In this document: piece after piece, positions 58,086 to 64,000 of the stretch
Numbering within the stretch: position 1 is the first letter of the stretch
How the letters are laid out: each line of letters begins with the position of its first letter
From: an uncultured Chloroflexia bacterium
Lineage (GTDB): Bacteria > Chloroflexota > Limnocylindria > Limnocylindrales > CSP1-4
Length of the DNA: 64,000 nt
NCBI GenBank assembly: GCA_963712745.1
Contig: CAVQJC010000017.1
Location: 388,190-452,189, forward strand
Direction: 5' to 3'
Notes under the pieces: model-generated
Told to the model about the DNA's origin: nothing
Databases searched by the model: none
The model's input: the letters and a program-made list of their open reading frames with translations, nothing else
Made by a program: the position numbers and the translations under genes

Positions 58086-58832
58086 ATGGACATCAAGCGA
58101 CGCATCCCCGCACTCGCGCTCGGCAGCAGCGTGCTCGTCGTGACGGCCTTCGCCGGCATCGGCGTGGCCGCGGCGGCCGAGGTGGAGGACGCGAACTACC
58201 GCGTGACCGTGGTCAACCTCGCGAGCGGCCAGCCGCTGACACCGCCAGTGGTGGTCCTCCACGACAAGAGGGCTTCCATCGTCGAAGCCGGCGCTCCGGC
58301 CTCCGAGGGCCTGGTACAGCTGGCTGAGAACGGCAATGCCCAGGTGCTGGTCGATGCCCTGGCCGGCCAGCCCGGCGTGGGCGCGGTCGTGGTCGGCGAG
58401 CATCCCGTCGTGGCCGGCGGCATCCCCGGTGCGGCAGAGGTGCCCAGCGTAGCCACCATCGAGGTGAGCGGGCCCGCGGATGCCCGTCTCATCAGCATCG
58501 CCTCCATGCTCATCTGCACCAACGACGGCTTCTCCATCGTGCACGACGCCAAGCTGCCCAAGAAGGTCGGCGCCACGGCCGTGTACTACTCGCACGCCTA
58601 CGACGCCGGGTCGGAGACGAACACCGAGACCTTCAGCGACCTGGTGCCACCGTGCCAGGGCCTGGTCGGGGTGACGGGTGAGGCCGAGGGCGCGGGCACG
58701 TCGAATCCCGAGTTGGCCGAGAACGGTGTCGTTGCCCCGCATCCGGGCACGTCGGGCACGGCCGACCTGATGGCCGACGTTCACGCCGTGCCAGAGAACC
58801 CGGCGCTCGTGGTGGTCGAGCGTATCGGTTAG
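58086..58832 (+). CDS. Secreted spondin-domain (Spondin_N) protein
   Basis: QPLTPP, LAENGN, SMLICTNDGF and YDAGSETNTE motifs; AAAGGAG RBS. Confidence 0.85.
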   Translation: MDIKRRIPALALGSSVLVVTAFAGIGVAAAAEVEDANYRVTVVNLASGQPLTPPVVVLHDKRASIVEAGAPASEGLVQLAENGNAQVLVDALAGQPGVGAVVVGEHPVVAGGIPGAAEVPSVATIEVSGPADARLISIASMLICTNDGFSIVHDAKLPKKVGATAVYYSHAYDAGSETNTETFSDLVPPCQGLVGVTGEAEGAGTSNPELAENGVVAPHPGTSGTADLMADVHAVPENPALVVVERIG

Positions 58833-58895
58833 GTCGAGGCTCACTCGTACCCGAACGCCGTCCTCAGAGCGACTGCCCGCACTCCCGGGCAGTCG

Positions 58896-59687
58896 CTACC
58901 GCGTGGCCGGTTTGGCCGCCCGGACGATGGCACTGTGCATGCCGTCGGCGACGGAGTGGGTCGGCTCGAGTGAGACGTCGACCAGTCCGGCGGCTTGCAG
59001 CCCGCTCCTGAACTCCGACATCGACAGAGCCCCTGCGATGCAGCCGACGTATGAGCCACGCTCCGCTCGTTCGGCCGCGTCCAGGCGGTCCTCGGCCACG
59101 ATGTCGGTGATGCCGATCCGGCCTCCCGGTCGCAGCACCCGCGCCATCTCGGCGAAGACGGCGCTCTTGTCGGCCGCGAGATTGACTACACAGTTGCTGA
59201 TGACCACGTCGACGGAGTCGTCGGGGAGGGGGACCGCCTCGATGGTGCCCTTCAGGAACTCGACGTTCAGGGCGCCCGCGGCCGCCGCGTTCCGGCGTGC
59301 CAGGTCGAGCATCTCGTCGGTCATGTCCAACCCGTAGGCGTGTCCCGAAGCACCGACACGACGTGCAGACAGGAGGACGTCGATGCCGCCTCCAGAACCC
59401 AGGTCGAGCACGGTCTCACCCTCGTGGAGCTCCGCCACAGCCACCGGATTGCCGCAACCGAGCGAGGCCAGGGCGGCGGCCGACGGGACCTCGTCAAGCT
59501 CGCTGCCGCTGTAGAGGCTCTGGGCCAGTTCCGGTTCCAGCGCTCGCTCCGGCGCGCAGCAGTCCACGGCGGGCCCACAGCAGCCCTCGTCGACTTCGAC
59601 GTCGCCGTCCAGGACCTGCAGCGCGGCGCCGGCGTACCGCTCCCGGACGCGCTCATGCACCAACTCGAGTTCGTTGTCGGTCGTCAT
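58896..59687 (-). CDS. arsM: Arsenite S-adenosylmethyltransferase
   Basis: SLGCGNP, VLDLGSGGGID, ISNCVVNL and GCIAGA motifs; N-terminal CC pairs. Confidence 0.92.
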   Translation of the reverse strand: MTTDNELELVHERVRERYAGAALQVLDGDVEVDEGCCGPAVDCCAPERALEPELAQSLYSGSELDEVPSAAALASLGCGNPVAVAELHEGETVLDLGSGGGIDVLLSARRVGASGHAYGLDMTDEMLDLARRNAAAAGALNVEFLKGTIEAVPLPDDSVDVVISNCVVNLAADKSAVFAEMARVLRPGGRIGITDIVAEDRLDAAERAERGSYVGCIAGALSMSEFRSGLQAAGLVDVSLEPTHSVADGMHSAIVRAAKPATR

Positions 59688-59706
59688 CTGAGCTTCCCCG
59701 CTATCG

Positions 59707-59759
59707 TATCGATGGTCATCAATATATGGCCTATACATATCGATGTCAATCGATATAAT
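59707..59759. promoter_or_regulatory. Two ArsR operator palindromes overlapping the arsR -10 (TATAAT 59754-59759)
   Basis: ATATCGAT-GTCA-ATCGATAT (59737-59756) and TATCGAT-GGTC-ATCAATA (59707-59724) in an AT-rich island. Confidence 0.75.
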
Positions 59760-59765
59760 GCACCC

Positions 59766-60290
59766 ATGAAGCCGCTCGACGATCTCGACATCCGACTGCT
59801 GCAGGCTGCGGCTCATCCCACGCGATTGGCCATCCTGCGCCAGCTTTCCGCGGATGGGCCCACCTGCGCCTGCGACTTCAGCGATTGCTGCCGCGACCTC
59901 AGCCAGCCCACCGTCTCGCACCATCTCAAGGTCCTGCGCGAGGCGGGCTGGATCAGCGGGGAGCGCCGGGGCACCTGGATCTGGTACTCCCTCCGCCCCG
60001 AAGCGATCGAGTGCTTTGCCGGCATCGCCGCCGGTATGCGAACCGGGTCTTCACGCCCGGCTATGGCACTCGCTCCCGCTGGTCGCGCCGAGGATGACAG
60101 GGAGGGCGAGGGCGCGCGGGACCCGGCAGTCGCCCGCCCGGCCTGGCGGCAGTGGTGGAGGCCGACGCGTGATAGGCCGACGCGTCAGTGGTGGGCCGAC
60201 ATCGAGCACGTGCAGTCGCCGGCTAGCACGACCGGCGCCTCGACAGCGCCCGCCAGACGCGGCACGATGAGCCGTACCGCTGGCCACTGA
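59766..60290 (+). CDS. arsR: ArsR/SmtB metalloregulator (long, possibly spurious C-terminal tail)
   Basis: HPTRLAIL, CACD and SQPTVSHHLKVLREAG motifs; divergent from arsM. Confidence 0.9.
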   Translation: MKPLDDLDIRLLQAAAHPTRLAILRQLSADGPTCACDFSDCCRDLSQPTVSHHLKVLREAGWISGERRGTWIWYSLRPEAIECFAGIAAGMRTGSSRPAMALAPAGRAEDDREGEGARDPAVARPAWRQWWRPTRDRPTRQWWADIEHVQSPASTTGASTAPARRGTMSRTAGH

Positions 60291-60299
60291 GGCGCACTC

Positions 60300-61398
60300 G
60301 TGATGGAGGGACAAGCCGTGGGAACAGAGTCAATAGGGGCCGCCTGGGCCGGATGGCGACAGGGCGGCAAGGTCGCGACCCTGCTGGTCTTCATGGTGGC
60401 CGGCATCCTCGCGCTGAGCGCGACTCCCGCGCTGGCGCAGGACTACCGGGAGTTCCCCGGGCCCGACGAAGAAGCTCCCCTGGCGGGCTACACGCGCAGT
60501 GACGGCACGGTGGTCCTCAGCGACGAGTCCTTCTGTCGCCTCTTGCTGGGCACGCTCTGGGGCGACGAGGAACTGACCTTCAGCCGCCTCATCAACAAGA
60601 CCAAGTTGCAGAAGCCGGCCCGCAAGGCGGCCTTCAATGCCACGGACGAGGCCGTCATCGGCCGGTGCGTCGAAGTCATCTCTGCCTGGCGGCTCGAGCC
60701 GCCGGAGGACCCAGGAGCCGCGGGGCTGGTGCCTTGGGCCTGGCGCGCGCCGGTGGTGCCCGAGGCGCTCGCGTCGCTTCTGCCCCCCGACTTCGCCGCC
60801 AAGCCGCTGGCTCTGCCCGGGTCGGTCGGTGATGCGGCGCGCACGAGCGGTTTCGGGGACCTCGTCTCGGCCCCCTTCTCGCTCACCGACGGGACCTGGC
60901 TGGCGGAGCTCGACGCGCTCGCCTGCAGTGAGTGGGCCGGCACCCTGCGCGACGCCCGGGATCCTCGAGAGCGCCATCGAATTGCAGGACAACCGCGAGT
61001 ATCTCTATGCCATCGAGGCCGGCCACTACTACTGGGACGTGACCGCGCCCGACTGCGACTGGAGCGTCGACCTCGTGCCGCTCGAGCTGGGGCCCGTGCC
61101 TACGCCTACGCCCGCGCCCCGCGCGGTGGTGCCAGCGCTGTTCGGGGCCGAATGGGACCGCTACCCCAACAGTCCCAACCCAGAGTGGCTGCGCGCGGCC
61201 GAAGCACGCGAGGCCATCTACGCCGCTGGACTCGTCACGGGTAGCTGCACGCCGGAGACCACGAACGGCATCCCTGACGACCGCGTCTGGAAGCAGGATC
61301 CGGCGGCCGGGACGTTGGTCGAGTTCGGCACCTCCGTCGACGTCTGGTTGGGCCGCGATTGCGACGTCTTCGTCGGCGAACGCATCCTGTCAGAGTAG
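60300..61398 (+). pseudogene. Secreted protein with a C-terminal PASTA-like domain, frameshifted at about 60960-60975
   Basis: First frame has a signal peptide up to 'LRDARDP'; second frame has 'ESAIELQDNREY...VWKQDPAAGTLVEFGTSVDVW'. Confidence 0.6.
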
Positions 61399-61426
61399 GC
61401 GAGAACGAGGCGCCGCCGCCGCACCC

Positions 61427-62203
61427 TCAGCCTGCGGAGGGCATGCCTGCCCGCCAGTCGACGACTGTCTCCCACGCGATGCGCTGCAGGAAGGCGGCGT
61501 CCTCGTCACTGATGCCCAGGGAGAAGGGGAGCCCTTCGGGGCTGCGGTCGAAGAGGGTCGCGTAGACGGTCGCGGCCGCCAGGTAGGCGCCTCCCCAGGT
61601 GGCGTGGACCCGGTCGGTCTCGATGAGCTCGAGGTCTGGGCGCTCCGCCCGAGCGCGCTCGAAGGCCACCGCGGCGGGAGCCACCGGCGCGCCCAGCTCG
61701 GCCTCGATGATGCGGTGGGCTTCGACGGCGTCCTCGAGCGTGGACCAGTCGTCGTAGCCCTGCGGCCAGGTCATGAAGAAGACCGTCCTGGCTCCGGCCT
61801 CGCGGGCGATCGCGTCGAAGAGGCGGGCATGGTCGATGAACGGCTGGGCCGTACCGGTGCTGCTTCGGGGCAGGTACCCCTGGAGGACGACCGCATCGAA
61901 ATCGCCCTGGCGGATACGTTCGGGGGCACCGTTGTCGTAGTGGTACTCGAGAGTGACCCCGTTCGCGGTGTAGGTCTCGCCGTCGAAGGGTCGGCCGTCC
62001 GCCTCGGATGCGACCAGGTTCTCGATCAGCCAGTCAAGGCCGCCATGGCGAGCCGTGTGACTGTTGCCGATGAAGAGCACGTGCTCAGGCAGCGATCCCA
62101 GCGACCCCGGCCCGGGGTCATCCTGGGCGGCTGTCCCGACGGCCGGCCCGGCGCTCAGGGCACCCGTGATGAGCATTACGGTGAGGAGGCGTCGAGCGTT
62201 CAC
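61427..62203 (-). CDS. Secreted SGNH/GDSL-like hydrolase
   Basis: VLFIGNSHT, VVLQ, FMTW and DRVHA motifs. Confidence 0.8.
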   Translation of the reverse strand: MNARRLLTVMLITGALSAGPAVGTAAQDDPGPGSLGSLPEHVLFIGNSHTARHGGLDWLIENLVASEADGRPFDGETYTANGVTLEYHYDNGAPERIRQGDFDAVVLQGYLPRSSTGTAQPFIDHARLFDAIAREAGARTVFFMTWPQGYDDWSTLEDAVEAHRIIEAELGAPVAPAAVAFERARAERPDLELIETDRVHATWGGAYLAAATVYATLFDRSPEGLPFSLGISDEDAAFLQRIAWETVVDWRAGMPSAG

Positions 62204-62274
62204 GGTGTCACATCGTGCCACGAAGGAGCCGTAGGATTCCAGCAGTACCAACGAGGCAGACGGGAGCGACCAAG

Positions 62275-63855
62275 ATGCGGCTCGACCGGGTCGAGATCGA
62301 GGACTTCCGTGGCATCGACCGCCTCGCACTGGACCTCGACGACTTGACCACCATCATCGGGGAGCACGATTGCGGCAAGTCGTCGCTGCTGCGTGCGATC
62401 GGCCGGGTACTGGGGCCGCATCAGCCCGGCGCCCTCCCGCGATTCCGCACGGCCGACTTCCATCGTCCCGGCGCCGACGAGGCCGGACGGGCCGGTACGC
62501 TGTCGGTCACGCTCTGGTTGCGGGCCGAGGACGACGGCGCCGATCTGGGAGTGGAGCTGCCGGGCGCACAAGACGGAGGTGTAGCCGTCCGGATCGTGGC
62601 ACAGCGTCCGGCGGAGGGAGAGCCGGTGACAAGCGTCGACGTCATCGACCGGGGCGGCCTGCCCATCGAAGCCGTCGATGGCCCGGCCCTGCTCGCACGC
62701 CTGCGCCAGCGGCACCCGGCGGTCATCGTGGGCGGACCCCGGCCCTCCATCAGCGTTCCACGTGACGACGAGGGTGCCAGTCGCCTGCGGACGCTGCTCC
62801 TCGGTGCGGCCGAGCCGCGGGCGCCGCTGACCTGGGACATGCTCGTGGACGTGCGAGAGGATCTGCTGCAGGCAGGGGGCCGTCTCGCCGATGAGTTGGG
62901 GCCGACGCCCGAGCGTCGCCGTTCGGTCCGGGACATGACCGACACGCCCCGCCCGCTGATGACGGATCTGGGTTCTGCCCTGGCCGAGGATGCCGGGCAG
63001 CATCGCCGCATCTCCGCGCTGTGGCTGCTGGTGGCCATCCTCGACGCCGTTCCGGCCGACGGGCTTGGTACGGAAGCCGAGCCGATCCTGCTCTTCGACG
63101 ACATCGAATCGAACCTCCACCCCACCTGGCTGGCGGCCATGTGCGCGGTCGCCTTCAACCTGCCCTTCCAGCAGGTGGTGGCTACGCACTCGCCGGAGGT
63201 GCTCACGTGGGTGCCGCTGAGCTCGCTGCGCCGCCTGGTTCGGCGAGCCGGCGGCATCGAGACCCGCTCGGTCCAGGCCGGCCGATACACGCTCGACGAG
63301 TTGCGCCGCGTGGCCTTTCACCTGCGGCTCAACCGCGGCAGTTCGTTCTTTGCCCGCTGCTGGGTGTTCGTCGAGGGCGAGACCGAGGCCTGGCTCATCC
63401 CTGAGTTCGCGCGCATCGCCGGCGTCGAGTTCCCCGTTGAGGGCATCCGCGTCATCGAGTTCGCACAGTCGGGCCTGGGGCCGATGATGAAGGTGGCCGA
63501 CGACCTTGGCATCGGCTGGCTGCTGCTGGCGGACGGCGACACCGCCGGCCAGCGCTACGCGCGCACTGCGGGCCAGCACCTCGGGATCGAGCAACGGGGG
63601 GCGGTGGTCGTGCTTCCGGCCAAGGACATCGAGCACTATCTCTTCAAGAGCGGCTATGCGCATGTCTTCACTGCGGCCGCCGGCAGTCGAGCCACACGCT
63701 CGGCGGGCAAGACCATCGCTGCCGCGGTCGAGAAGGCATCCAAGCCCGGCCTCGCGCTACAGATCCTGGCCGATGCCGACCAGCGCGGTCCTGAAGGCGT
63801 GCCGCCGGTCATCCGCGACCTGGCCGACGCCGCTCTCCGCATCGCTCGCGCCTGA
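62275..63855 (+). CDS. OLD-family ATP-dependent nuclease (YbjD/DUF2813-like; ABC ATPase plus TOPRIM)
   Basis: MRLDRVEIEDFRGI; GEHDCGKSS; LLFDDIESNLHP; THS; FVEGETE; LADGD. Confidence 0.88.
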   Translation: MRLDRVEIEDFRGIDRLALDLDDLTTIIGEHDCGKSSLLRAIGRVLGPHQPGALPRFRTADFHRPGADEAGRAGTLSVTLWLRAEDDGADLGVELPGAQDGGVAVRIVAQRPAEGEPVTSVDVIDRGGLPIEAVDGPALLARLRQRHPAVIVGGPRPSISVPRDDEGASRLRTLLLGAAEPRAPLTWDMLVDVREDLLQAGGRLADELGPTPERRRSVRDMTDTPRPLMTDLGSALAEDAGQHRRISALWLLVAILDAVPADGLGTEAEPILLFDDIESNLHPTWLAAMCAVAFNLPFQQVVATHSPEVLTWVPLSSLRRLVRRAGGIETRSVQAGRYTLDELRRVAFHLRLNRGSSFFARCWVFVEGETEAWLIPEFARIAGVEFPVEGIRVIEFAQSGLGPMMKVADDLGIGWLLLADGDTAGQRYARTAGQHLGIEQRGAVVVLPAKDIEHYLFKSGYAHVFTAAAGSRATRSAGKTIAAAVEKASKPGLALQILADADQRGPEGVPPVIRDLADAALRIARA

Positions 63856-63965
63856 AGATCCGGCACCGGCCGAACACTACGCGCGGCCCTGCGCTGTCGA
63901 GCCGCTGTGCTACTGTCGTTGGGCGTCCATTGAGCGGCCACGGCGCCGCCGCGCCGCACTCCCGG

Positions 63966-64000
63966 GCGGGAGTAACTCAGTTGGTAGAGTGTCTGCTTCC
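63966..64000 (+). tRNA. tRNA-Gly, probably CCC anticodon; truncated by the window end
   Basis: GCGGGAG acceptor 5' strand; ACTC/GAGT D-stem; TCTGC-TT-CC anticodon arm. Confidence 0.85.

Noticed and set aside
62275-63855. Gabija or retron defence system
   Set aside because: No adjacent helicase or reverse transcriptase gene in the window.

Overview
A very GC-rich bacterial chromosomal window. Gene content and promoter style suggest Chloroflexota or Actinomycetota, which is an inference. It holds about 60 CDSs, an initiator tRNA-Met and the 5' part of a tRNA-Gly. I found no CRISPR array, integrase, transposase or phage genes. Main blocks: (i) a LacI-controlled operon encoding a GDP-mannose 3,5-epimerase, an Fkp/HddA-like GHMP kinase and a nucleotidyltransferase, with two operator palindromes upstream; (ii) a complete mrpABCDEFG Na+/H+ antiporter operon; (iii) DUF485-actP, pyk and xylA; (iv) a 12-kb A1-type heme-copper oxidase locus; (v) pyrR, pyrK, a divergent pyrD, a GalT homolog with Cys in place of the catalytic His, lipB and proline dehydrogenase; (vi) an arsR/arsM divergon and an OLD-family nuclease next to the tRNA. 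The oxidase locus encodes no c-type cytochrome. Its subunit II carries a C-terminal blue-copper domain (frameshifted here) on a tandem-repeat tether. A secreted double-cupredoxin gene lies between ctaC and ctaD, and the locus also has an apparently split subunit IV, a CtaA-CtaB fusion and unusual candidate copper chaperones. The two best candidates for an undescribed system are this cupredoxin-fed oxidase and the putative NDP-sugar (reverse Smirnoff-Wheeler-like) L-hexose catabolic operon. Many genes, and apparently the initiator tRNA, look leaderless. All product calls come from motifs read by eye, and no database searches were run.
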